Of a stretch of DNA of 64,000 bases, positions 30,633 through 41,206 are shown piece by piece. The notes below the pieces were generated by a model. The model saw nothing but the letters and a program-made list of their open reading frames with translations. It was not told the DNA's origin and made no database searches. How positions within the stretch are numbered: the first letter of the stretch is position 1; every line of letters begins with the position of its first letter. The translations under genes were made by a program, and so were the position numbers. Source of the DNA: Histomonas meleagridis 2922-C6/04-290x (lineage: Eukaryota > Protista > Parabasalia). The stretch spans positions 1 to 64,000 of the forward strand of contig JAANOX010000142.1 in the NCBI GenBank assembly GCA_020184695.1, read 5' to 3'.

Positions 30633-33518
30633 ATGAAACAACAAACAAAAAAGCAAAACACTAACAAGAAAGAAAAGTGTATTGAAAAATTGCGATCACT
30701 TGAAAGAATTGTTATCAATTTAAACGGTGATAATTATGAAGAAACAATTGCTTCACTATATATTTTATTGGGAATTAAATATTACAATACACAATTCAAT
30801 ATTGTAAGTCAATTAATTTATATTTTGTTTTTATCACGAAATATAGATTTTGAAGTTTGTATAATGTTTCTTGAGTTGTTACAAGTTAAGACAATTTCCG
30901 AATATGACATAATTCCAATTTTTACCAGATTTTTACTTTCTTTAGATTCACAAGAATCAAATTATCTTTTAGAGCTTATGCGTGGTGAAGAGATAGTTGG
31001 TGATCATATGTTAATTTACAGAGATAGTATCTATTTTATACATTGCATGAAATCATATGATATCCAAAAGGTAAAACATAACTTTTTATATTATGATTTT
31101 CAGAAAAATTCTGAAGTACTATCAAAGAATCATTTTGCACTTCATAAGAAGTTAATGAAAGAAGGAGTTAATCCGAATGAAATTGCAAAAATAATTCGAA
31201 ATGATGAAATCGAAAAACTTCAAGAAAAATCATCACAAACAAACTTCGATTTTAATCAAAAAATTGAACCATCACTTTATGAAAGATGTTCATTTATTAA
31301 TCACGAAAATGTTACATTAATTGATTATGCAGCATTTTTTGGATCAGTTAAATGTTTTAAACATTTACTTATGAATGGTGCAAATGTAGAAAACACAGGT
31401 AAATATGCAGTTGCAGGTGGAAATGAAGAAATTATTCATTTATGTGAACAAAATCATTCAACATTTAAAGGAGCATATGAAGCAGCAATTAAATATCATC
31501 AAAATGATATATTTAAATATATTTATGAAAATAAAATTGTTTCAGTTTTAAATTTGGATAATTTAATATCAGGATGTATTTTTTGTAATTCATATGAAAT
31601 TCTTTCTTATTTAATGGAAAAAGAAGGATTAAATATCACTGATTTACCAATTGATAAACTAGCATCAACTGGTAATTTATATATAATTAAATGTTTTCCT
31701 GATAATTTTCAGTTTCCAAGTGATATTTTGTTTTGTTGCTCAAGTAGTGGAAATGTCGATCTTGCCAAATATATTCTTAAACATAAAAATAATTCTAATA
31801 TTGATATTAATGCTGAATATGTTTATATTTTTTATTTACGATTTGTTTTCATAAATTGGTATTAATAATTAATATTTGGAATTTAGTTAAATTATTTAAT
31901 ACAGTTCTTATGAATGCATCTTTTAATGGTCATGCAGAAATGGTTAAATTTCTTCTCAAACAAGAAGGAATTAATGTAAATGCTAAAAATATATATTTAC
32001 TTTATTTAATGTTTATTTTAATCTTTTGAGATTTCAAAATAATGTTTGGAAATTATTCAAATTGTTTTATACAGCACTTATAATGGCATCCAAATATGGT
32101 CATATAGAAGCAGTTCAAAATCTTATTAAATACAAAGGAATTGATATCAATGCCAAAAATATTTATAAAATCGATTTACTTTTTATTTTTCGAATTTGAA
32201 ATTTACAAATAATATTTAGGAAATATTTAATTTGTTTAAAACTTCATTTACATATGCAGCTGAAACAGGCAATACTGAATTAGTTGAATTACTTCTTGAG
32301 CAAGAAGGAATTGATATTAATGCCAAAGATATTTATTTGTTTTATTTAAAATTTATTTTAATATTTTAATATTTCAAAATAATATTTGAAAATTATTTAA
32401 ATTATTTGAAACAGCACTTATTAAAGCATCTAATAGAGGTTATACTGAAATAGTTAAATTACTTCTTGATCAAAAAGGAATTGATATTAATGCTAAAGAT
32501 ATTTATTTGTTTTATTTGATATTTATTTTAATAATTTGATATTTCAAAATAATATTTGGAAATTATTTCAAATATTTGGAACAGCACTTATATATGCATC
32601 TGATGAAGGTTATACAGAAATAGTTAAATTACTTCTTGAGAAAGAAGGAATTGATTATAATGCTAAAGATATTTATTTGTTTTAATTGATATTTATTTTT
32701 CAAAATAATATTTGGAAATTATTTAAATTATTTGATACAGCACTTATTTATGCATCTTTTAATGGCTATACAAAAATAGTTAAATTACTACTTGAACAAG
32801 AAAGAATTGATGTAAATGCTAAAGATATTTATTCGTTTAATTTATTATTTATTATAATAATTTTATATTTCAAAATAATATTTGGAAATTATTTATTTTA
32901 TTTGAGACAGCACTTATGGAAGCATCTGAAAAAGGTCATACTGAAATAGTTAAATTACTTCTTGAACAAGAAGAAATTGATATTAATGCTAAAAATATTT
33001 ATTTGTTTTACTTAATATTTATTTTAATAATTCGGAATTTTTAAATTATATTTAGAAATGATTTAAATTATTTAAAACAGCACTTATTTTCGCATCTTCA
33101 AATGGTCGAACAGAAATAGTTAAATTACTTCTTGAACAAGAAGGAATTGATATTAATGTTAAGAATATTTTTTTATTTTATATAAATTTTGTTTTAAGAA
33201 TTTGAAATTCCAAAATAATATTTGGAAATTATTTAAATTATTTTGGACAGCACTTATGTATGCATCTAGCAGTGGTTATACTGAAATAGTTAAATTACTT
33301 CTTGAACAAGAAGGAATTGATATTAACTTTAAAAATATTTAAAATTTTATTAGATAGTTTCTATCCGAAATTTGATGATTTGGTAGAATATTTTGTACAA
33401 AATATTTAAAGAAGCCCTAAAGAGAGCATCCAAAAAAAATCCAGAAATACACAAATTACTTAAACGAAAACTTGAACAAAATGATAAAAATGGATCAAAA
33501 CAATGTTTATCACAATAA
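30633..33518 (+). CDS. DUF3447-ankyrin repeat gene, locus B, interrupted by 10 spacers
   Basis: DUF3447 ORF 30633-31865 is followed by 90-nt stop-free ankyrin blocks. Spacers start at 31821, 31991, 32161, 32331, 32501, 32827, 32997 and 33167 (80 nt), 32671 (66 nt) and 33337 (74 nt). The last block 33411-33518 ends KQCLSQ*. Confidence 0.8.
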
Positions 33519-33870
33519 AATGATTTTTTTTAATCAACTGAAAAGATAAATTTTTATGCTAAATAAAATCCAATTTGTATAAAATTAGCTCGTTGATTTA
33601 ATTTTGTGAAATTCGTTTTTGTTTAATCAATTTGAGAAAAATTATACAATTATTTTTTGATTGCATTTAAATCATTGAATATTAAATAATTTTAATCTAA
33701 CCATTTCCCATATTCTTCAGTTTTTGTAGATAAATAATATGATTTTTCATTTTATCAAATCTATTATTGGTAAACTTTTATACACTAATAAAGTTTAAAT
33801 CAAGTGTTTTATTTCAATAATTTTATTTATTTATTTATTTTTAAATAAGATACAAACATGAATAATATAT

Positions 33871-35211
33871 TTATTCAATATCTTTTGTTTTTAATTGCGA
33901 ATTTCCTATTGGGAATTCCATCTCTTCTTCTTCCTGAAACATAAGAGAACCGCCATAATTATTATCCATAATATTTTGTTCTGGCTGAATTAGATCATCA
34001 AAAAAACATTTCCATTCATTTTCGTTTTTTAGGATTTCATTTTTATTTATTAATTCTGAAATTTCAATTAATTGTCCCCAAAATGATGCAAAACATTTCT
34101 TTTTATTACGAAAAGTTTCGATAATTCTTTTTCTCATATTTACTTCGATAACAAATTTCACAAACATTTCATTATCATATTCGAAAACACATTGCATTAA
34201 ACATAAGAATGAGTTATGAAGAAAAGAATTTGTTTTAAATGCAAAAAATTTCTCAAAAATATTTTTCATGAGATTTAAAATATTTTCACTATAAATTATT
34301 TCACTTTTCGTTTGTATGATTTGACGAATTAATTGAATCGCTTTTTCTGAATTAGTTTCAAATGTTCGAAGATTTATAATGTAGTTACAAATTAATGGAA
34401 TTTGGTCAAGTAACATATCATCGTAATTAGAAAGAACTGAAGTTGTTTCACTTTCATTACAAATACAATATAATTCATGTAATAAATCAAACGAAATATC
34501 TGAAAGTCCAATCGATTCACTTTGTGTTGAATATGAAATAATTAAATTAATTAGATTTTGGTCAAATATTGAAAGTAATGATGAATTGATATCAGCACTT
34601 GATACAATATTTTCGATAAAATGAAGAAGTTTTGGCTTGAACGGATAATTTGGTTCTGATATTATATCAAACATGACTTTTATGGCTGAACAATCTTCTA
34701 AAAATTGTATTGTGAAATTTCTGCTATCCATTGTAATAAGATCTATTATATTGCAAACACTATAGTGTTTAATGTGATGAAGAAGATTAAGAAAAAAATC
34801 GCTTTTATTGGGAAGATCATTTAGAATTGAGAATTTAGAAACCTGAAGTAAAAATCGAAATATTATAGAAAATGAAGTAATTTGAAAAGCTGTAACATTA
34901 TCATCGTCTTGAATTATGAATTGATATAAATGTTGAAGAATTGTTTGATTTGATAATAGTTGAGAAGTAAAAGGATATATTTGTGTAGTCAAAATCGTAA
35001 GGCATGAGGACTGAGAGTTTTCATCAGAAGTTTCTTTAGATCCAAGTGCTATATCTGTTATTTCACCAATATTATTGATTAAAAAATCCATTAAAGAAGG
35101 CATTTGTTTTTTCATAACACCTTTAAAAGATACATCCTGAATAACTTGTAAAACTGTGGGGTTGTCATTTAGCAATTGCGAAATTCTCTTTGATGAAGAT
35201 TCCCATTCCAT
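33871..35211 (-). CDS. SIT4/PP6 phosphatase-associated (SAPS) family protein
   Basis: N-terminal LLNDNPTVLQVIQD...LMDFL pattern, the NSFLHNS motif and an all-helical composition. Confidence 0.6.
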   Translation of the reverse strand: MEWESSSKRISQLLNDNPTVLQVIQDVSFKGVMKKQMPSLMDFLINNIGEITDIALGSKETSDENSQSSCLTILTTQIYPFTSQLLSNQTILQHLYQFIIQDDDNVTAFQITSFSIIFRFLLQVSKFSILNDLPNKSDFFLNLLHHIKHYSVCNIIDLITMDSRNFTIQFLEDCSAIKVMFDIISEPNYPFKPKLLHFIENIVSSADINSSLLSIFDQNLINLIISYSTQSESIGLSDISFDLLHELYCICNESETTSVLSNYDDMLLDQIPLICNYIINLRTFETNSEKAIQLIRQIIQTKSEIIYSENILNLMKNIFEKFFAFKTNSFLHNSFLCLMQCVFEYDNEMFVKFVIEVNMRKRIIETFRNKKKCFASFWGQLIEISELINKNEILKNENEWKCFFDDLIQPEQNIMDNNYGGSLMFQEEEEMEFPIGNSQLKTKDIE

Positions 35212-35285
35212 TGAATGCTTAACGTTTATTATTAAGAAGACCGTTATCTATCGTCAATATTCAGGACACCCCAAAACTTTAAATA

Positions 35286-35612
35286 ATGGCCGAAGAAAAA
35301 GAAAACATTTCAGGTACGAATTCAAGAATTTCATTAAAAACCCTTTTTACAGATGATGGGAAAGATTTCTCGTTTCGAACTGGAAAAGAGGAAGAAAAAG
35401 CCCCAATTGCAAAAGATTGGAAACAAATTTCTTTTGACTTCTTGAATCACAGAAAAGATATAGAACCATTTGGACCAATGGATTCATATTCACTTTTAGA
35501 CACAACTCGTTGCGAAGAATTTGTCGCTGGACATGGAGTTCCAAGTTGGGGAACACTTAGAAAAGCTACGATGGAAGACTCACGCGATAAAAAGCGCAAA
35601 GCCAAAAAATGA
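35286..35612 (+). CDS. Hypothetical protein, 108 aa
   Basis: ATG-started ORF with protein-like composition, divergent from the SAPS gene. Confidence 0.55.
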   Translation: MAEEKENISGTNSRISLKTLFTDDGKDFSFRTGKEEEKAPIAKDWKQISFDFLNHRKDIEPFGPMDSYSLLDTTRCEEFVAGHGVPSWGTLRKATMEDSRDKKRKAKK

Positions 35613-35976
35613 AGTTCTGTTTTGTTTTTATAAATTTTAGCATATAACTTATTTATTTTGTTATAAATTAATAAGCATTATACTACAATGAGAAACTTTA
35701 GTTTTTCGTATTTTATTTTGTTTTAATTACAAATTAATTGACAAAAATTTTCTGAATAATAATAACCATCGGGATACTGTTAGGTATATTAGATTCTGCT
35801 GTAATATTTTTGTTATCTTTATAAAAATATTAAGGTAAAATAAAGTGATGCTGAACAGATATCTTCAATCGATACACAATTCGAATAAGTTTCTTCTTTA
35901 TCAAAAAGAGTTTTTATTCAATCTGAGGTTCCAAAAAGACAAAATTAAGGAAAAATAGCGAAATATTTTATTTCCA

Positions 35977-37242
35977 TTAAAATGAAAACTCAAAGTTGAT
36001 TTCTAACTGACCATTATTCCATTTCTCCAATACTGCTTTGCTAAACTCATTCCATTTTTCGTCACAATCCGATCCTGTAATGTAGTTTGCGATTTGCAGT
36101 AAGAATGGAATCAAAACAAATTTTTTCTCGAATGCGAGATCATTTACATAATTCCAATATACTGCGAAATCTTTTCTTAAATCATCTTTTGATTGTTCGC
36201 TAAATGTTTCTTTTTTCTTTTCGAATATTTCCAAAAGATACATTAATTGTTGGTTACCGAAATATTGATTCTGATTTTGGATAACCTTTTTAAGGATTTC
36301 TTTAACTTGTTCTTCACTAACATATGCATTATATTTTGCCAAAAACTGAAGCGCTTTGTTTCCGATGGATTTGACACCGTCATTGAAAATAACGTCTTTG
36401 TTAACGGCCTCCTCAACGATATCGTAAACCGCATTTCTGCCGTCACTTTTTATACGGCAGATTTGTGGTAAATTTGTCAAAAATTCATAGTCTATCGGCG
36501 TCAGTTCTTTGTATTTGCTATAAAGATATTTAGCAATGCTTTCAAATAAGCGTTGCTCTTTGATACCGGATTTGGAATAGGTTGAAAAATATTTGACAAT
36601 GATCATACTGGCTGCTTTCTTTTGTTCAGGTGTAAATTCAGGAATTCCTTCGAGATTGGGATCTTTGACAAAAGATGGATCAAGATTTGCATCCTTTCCA
36701 AAATAACATTTGCAAATGTAATAATATAAATCAATAAGACCCTTTTTGCCTTCAAGTGCTTCATCAAGAGCATTGTAAATACTGAGAGATTCTATGTTTT
36801 TGAGTGCTTTTAGTATAAAATCTGGTCGATATCGTAAGGCATTAAGAATAGAATTTGATTTAGAATAAAAAATCGTTGTGAAAATTTGGTCTAAACTTCC
36901 GTTTCTTCTTTGTGCTTCAACTGAAAGGTCTTTGTCAACAAGGCATTCAAAAACTTTGGCTATCATTTTTTCATTCATTGCAAGTTGGTTAAATAATATT
37001 TTATTTTGATCTTGGAATAGGCTACAAAACAATTGCTGATGTTGGGGATTTTTTGTGTTGAGAAAATATTCAAAGAAATCCTCGAAATTCTTTGTATCTA
37101 ATAAATATTCATTTAATTTTGGATTTTTTGAGCTATAAGCCCTCTTTAAATCGGAACACCCGAGTAAGATTTCAGGTGTACAATTCCCACTTTCTAAAGC
37201 AGAAAGTGTTTCGCTTTTTGGATCAAGCGGTAAGAAGTTCAT
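35977..37242 (-). CDS. Divergent SAPS-like helical protein
   Basis: N-terminal TPEILLGCSDLKRAYSSKNPKLNEYL resembles the SAPS LEELLDE.D...EC...N..L..FL pattern; C-terminal EKWNEF. ATG at 37242. Confidence 0.45.
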   Translation of the reverse strand: MNFLPLDPKSETLSALESGNCTPEILLGCSDLKRAYSSKNPKLNEYLLDTKNFEDFFEYFLNTKNPQHQQLFCSLFQDQNKILFNQLAMNEKMIAKVFECLVDKDLSVEAQRRNGSLDQIFTTIFYSKSNSILNALRYRPDFILKALKNIESLSIYNALDEALEGKKGLIDLYYYICKCYFGKDANLDPSFVKDPNLEGIPEFTPEQKKAASMIIVKYFSTYSKSGIKEQRLFESIAKYLYSKYKELTPIDYEFLTNLPQICRIKSDGRNAVYDIVEEAVNKDVIFNDGVKSIGNKALQFLAKYNAYVSEEQVKEILKKVIQNQNQYFGNQQLMYLLEIFEKKKETFSEQSKDDLRKDFAVYWNYVNDLAFEKKFVLIPFLLQIANYITGSDCDEKWNEFSKAVLEKWNNGQLEINFEFSF

Positions 37243-37307
37243 CAAATGACACTTTTTGTAAAATATTTCGCTTTTTCAAAAATGCGATACGCAACGTTTA
37301 AAAATAA

Positions 37308-37658
37308 ATGACTCTCGCCCATCTTACAGAACTAGGAGATCAAATATTAAGATCAATCGAAGGTGATCAACTCCAAACAGAAATAGCAATGATATCATTA
37401 GAAAGTATCCACAAAATGATCGTTTTAAATCCAAGCATTCCACAATTCCAAGATAATCAACCTATTCAATACCAAGGATACCCACAAAGTACAAACATGT
37501 TTTATAATCAAAGTGCGATGCCATCAATTGCACCTCAAGAAATTCCTTACCAATTTGATGGTAAAATTCCTCGAGTTATGGGTGCAGCACTTGGCAATGA
37601 TATTATCACGCAATCCCTTAATGATATCCCTTTTTTATACCATAAAAAGCCGGATTAA
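37308..37658 (+). CDS. Hypothetical protein, 116 aa
   Basis: ATG-started ORF, divergent from the upstream gene. Confidence 0.55.
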   Translation: MTLAHLTELGDQILRSIEGDQLQTEIAMISLESIHKMIVLNPSIPQFQDNQPIQYQGYPQSTNMFYNQSAMPSIAPQEIPYQFDGKIPRVMGAALGNDIITQSLNDIPFLYHKKPD

Positions 37659-37821
37659 GTTTCTACATATTCATTTTGTTGATTTCTAATAACATGGATT
37701 TTAAATTTAAATTAGTAATTAGTAAAAAATAAAATTTATTTACATATTTTTTTTAATTCTTTCAATAATAACAATTAAAGTTCGACCAAAATTAACAACA
37801 AAAATTTTTATTAATTTTTTT

Positions 37822-40287
37822 TCAAGTTTTAACTAATTCTTCAACAGGAACCAATTCGACACCAATCTGTTCACTTGTGAAAATTCCTTTAATTTCCATA
37901 TCAGATTTTATATATTTATTTTTGATCAATTCCAAATGATCAATCAAATTATTTCTATACAATACACTCAGAGCCGCATGGAGGTCACCAACTTCAACCA
38001 ACAAATCGACAGCCTTTAAAATTTCGCCTTTTTTCAAACATCCGACGACGATATTAAGTAAAGCTTTCAATTTCAGTTCACTTAACTTATAAACATTGCA
38101 ATAGTAAATTGCAATCAAGTTCATCTTCATTAAAATCAAATTCTCGGCGCATTTTTGATAATTTTTAAGAGCGTGATAAATAACGGCGGCGTTTGCAAAA
38201 CGTTGACCTTTTTCCCAAGAACTTGCGCATAAATTTAATTGATCTATTTGTTCCTTTGAATACGAATCGCATTTAATTGACATGAAAATGTTTCTAAATA
38301 AACGATTTGGGTTTTCTCCTTGGAGAAGTTTATACTTTTGTTGGCTTAATCCCATGAAATAATAAGTTTCCGACACTTCATCAAGATAAGGCTGAGCATT
38401 TGCAAGAATTGCAGCCTTAAACAACAAATGTTTTTTCAAATTATTAATTTTATAATTATTTATAAAAGGTTTATATTTATTTACAGTTATTTCTTCTTCA
38501 TTATTATTATTATGAATTAAATCAATTATAAAAATATTATCTTTTGTCTTAAATATTATATTTTTATTATTTATTCCGATTATTTGTGATTTATCATATT
38601 TATAATGATTTATTGAGCCGATGCAATTGCTAAAGATTTCATATTGTGACGAATTATGTAAAACAGCAAATGAATTTTGTACATAAAACGAATTATATGA
38701 ATTTGATGAAGTAAATTCATTGTTTGTATTGTCATTCGATTTTAGAACTTGTCCATTTTTCATATATGCAATAAATGTATCATTAAAGTGAATTATCGCT
38801 AAAAGTTTTTTATAACTGATTTCAAATGTGTATAAAGTTTCGCGTTCTTCATCAATGATTTGAAGTTCTTTTTCATTTTTCGCAGTTGCTAATGCAAATT
38901 TATTTTGATCTTGATGAAATTCCACAAAATTGTAATATGAAAAACCCTTAAAACTATAATAATATTCTTTAAATGTCAAAACATCATAAATACAAATTCG
39001 ATAATTATTCATTTTAATATATAAAAAGTTTCCGAATATTTTAAGTTCATTAAATTGAAGTTTTTCTTGTGATTCGATATTAAATTTCAATTTAATTATA
39101 TTTTTATTTTTTATATTCATTTGGAAAACTTCGTTGTTATTCCACATTAAAATTATTTCGGAATTAATCCATTTCATATTTGTTATTTTAATGTCTCCTA
39201 AATTATAATTACATTTTATTTGTATATTATCATAATCAATGATTTGTAATTCATTCTTCGAGGTAATAAATGCAATTAAATCATTGTTTAATGTTGGCAA
39301 AATGGAATTAGTCCAAAATGGATATTTAAATAATGAATTCATATAAAATTTATATTTGTTGTTCACTTTGTTCACTGATATTCTCCAAACATTTAAGTCA
39401 GAGATAAAGAAAAAGAATTCATTGTTGACAACGTAAATTCCTTTGATGCATTTGTCGGTGTATGGTGTGATATTGAACCGGTTCGTTCGAATGAAAAAAC
39501 CGCTGTTTTTCAGTGAATATTTGATACCAAAAAATTCACTGTGGTTATTCAAACAGAAAATCCATTTGGGATAAGCAGGTAAAGTAAAAATGGAACGAAA
39601 TGTTTCGATTTGAACACTAATACACCAACAAGATTTTAACCTGTCAAGAGAGTAATAACCAATATGATGATCTGTCATAAATATGAGAAATTCAATAGAA
39701 CTTGAACATATTGCAGTAATTTTTTCATTATTGAACGTTTCGGTGTAACTTGTAATGAATTTAAATGGCCTATTAGATGTGGGCCTTGCATAATGATTTA
39801 ATGTTCCATTTTCAGTAAGAAGAAATAAAAAATTGGGATGTGTTGGTGGTGTGACAATTTGTTTGACATCAGTACGAACGAGATCGGAATAATTTACAGT
39901 AAGAGTTTGATCTGATAATGTAAGATGTTGAAACTCGTGACGATTAATAACTAGAAATATAGATTGTGGTTGAAGCAAATCCCAAAGAACCGAAGAACAT
40001 TTGATATTCTGCTTAAGAATAATTTTTCGTTGGGTAATTGAAAATATATAAAGACAAGTTTTGTTATATCCTAAAAATAATGTTTCTGTGGCATACTCGC
40101 TTGGATTAAAAAGGATTTCCAAAGGAGTTTGTTCATCAGTTTGGAAAGAAAACAAAAAATTGAATGAAGATTTTTGGATTTCAAAAATGGTTACCATTTT
40201 GGGATACGATATTACAGCATATGTCCCGTAACAAGCAAAACATACATCATTATGATCTGTGATTTCTGGTAGGGAAAATGCATTCAT
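37822..40287 (-). CDS. Beta-propeller protein with WDR11-like C-terminal helical region
   Basis: Beta-strand-rich N-terminal region. The C-terminus (AAVIYHALKNYQKCAENL...KAVDLLVEVGD) resembles the WDR11 C-terminus; this similarity was judged by eye only. Confidence 0.5.
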   Translation of the reverse strand: MNAFSLPEITDHNDVCFACYGTYAVISYPKMVTIFEIQKSSFNFLFSFQTDEQTPLEILFNPSEYATETLFLGYNKTCLYIFSITQRKIILKQNIKCSSVLWDLLQPQSIFLVINRHEFQHLTLSDQTLTVNYSDLVRTDVKQIVTPPTHPNFLFLLTENGTLNHYARPTSNRPFKFITSYTETFNNEKITAICSSSIEFLIFMTDHHIGYYSLDRLKSCWCISVQIETFRSIFTLPAYPKWIFCLNNHSEFFGIKYSLKNSGFFIRTNRFNITPYTDKCIKGIYVVNNEFFFFISDLNVWRISVNKVNNKYKFYMNSLFKYPFWTNSILPTLNNDLIAFITSKNELQIIDYDNIQIKCNYNLGDIKITNMKWINSEIILMWNNNEVFQMNIKNKNIIKLKFNIESQEKLQFNELKIFGNFLYIKMNNYRICIYDVLTFKEYYYSFKGFSYYNFVEFHQDQNKFALATAKNEKELQIIDEERETLYTFEISYKKLLAIIHFNDTFIAYMKNGQVLKSNDNTNNEFTSSNSYNSFYVQNSFAVLHNSSQYEIFSNCIGSINHYKYDKSQIIGINNKNIIFKTKDNIFIIDLIHNNNNEEEITVNKYKPFINNYKINNLKKHLLFKAAILANAQPYLDEVSETYYFMGLSQQKYKLLQGENPNRLFRNIFMSIKCDSYSKEQIDQLNLCASSWEKGQRFANAAVIYHALKNYQKCAENLILMKMNLIAIYYCNVYKLSELKLKALLNIVVGCLKKGEILKAVDLLVEVGDLHAALSVLYRNNLIDHLELIKNKYIKSDMEIKGIFTSEQIGVELVPVEELVKT

Positions 40288-40375
40288 ATTTTGTATCGTT
40301 GTAAGCTAAAGTATTCAATTCGAGATTTTCAGGGTGGCCCGTACACAATTATTAAAAAGTGACAACATTTCAGGA

Positions 40376-40957
40376 ATGGGATCTGATCCGAAATCTTGGG
40401 TTGATTGGCTATTAACAACAACATATGGAACTTACTTTGTTAGAATCGATGATGAATATTTGAACAATATTTTTAATTATTATGGACTTCGACAAAAAGT
40501 TCCTTATTTTAAATACGCATATGATTTGATTCGAGGTCCATACATAGACCAAAAAGAAAGACCAAAAGAATGGCCAAAAGATATGGATAACTATGGACTT
40601 TGTCTTTATGGTCTTCTTCATGCAAGATATCTTCTCACAACTGAAGGACAGAATGCAATGCTTGCCAAGTACAATAGTGGAAAGTTCCCACATTGTCCGA
40701 GAACGCTTTGTAGAGGAATATGTTGTCTTCCTTATGGCTCAAGTGATAACATTGGTCAAACATCAATACAAATGTTTTGTCCAAATTGTAATGATATTTA
40801 CATGATAAATGATGAACCAAGCAGTTTTACAGATGGTGCATTCTTTGGTCCTAGTTGGGTTCATTCATTTTTAAAACATTTCCCTCATTTGGTTCCTTCA
40901 GAACAACCAGAAAAATATGTACCTCGAATTTTCGGTTTTAGAGTTGCAAATGAATAG
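40376..40957 (+). CDS. CKB: Casein kinase II regulatory beta subunit
   Basis: SWVDW, FNYYGL, LYGLLHARY, zinc-binding CPRTLC and CPNC, DGAFFG, YVPRIFGF. First ATG at 40376. Confidence 0.95.
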   Translation: MGSDPKSWVDWLLTTTYGTYFVRIDDEYLNNIFNYYGLRQKVPYFKYAYDLIRGPYIDQKERPKEWPKDMDNYGLCLYGLLHARYLLTTEGQNAMLAKYNSGKFPHCPRTLCRGICCLPYGSSDNIGQTSIQMFCPNCNDIYMINDEPSSFTDGAFFGPSWVHSFLKHFPHLVPSEQPEKYVPRIFGFRVANE

Positions 40958-41206
40958 TTTAACAATAATTAATAATAAATCTTTGTTTCATTGTGATTTC
41001 CTTTTTTATCTTCTATATTAAAATACAGTTCATATACATTTATGTTCACCAAGTATTTTAATATTTATTATTCTTTATAACTCAATAAAACAATTTCAAA
41101 ACGAAAAACACTTTTCCCCTTTGGGGTAAATTTCAATTTGGTGCGTACGATAGACTTGAATAGTTTACTCGAAAACCGTTATTTAATTGAATCCCAGAAA
41201 CCCCAC

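Noticed and set aside
31821-33410. Canonical spliceosomal introns as the explanation for the spacers
   Set aside because: Only a minority start with GT (GTT), none ends in AG at the required position, and the ACTAAC...AG branch/acceptor motif of parabasalid introns is absent.
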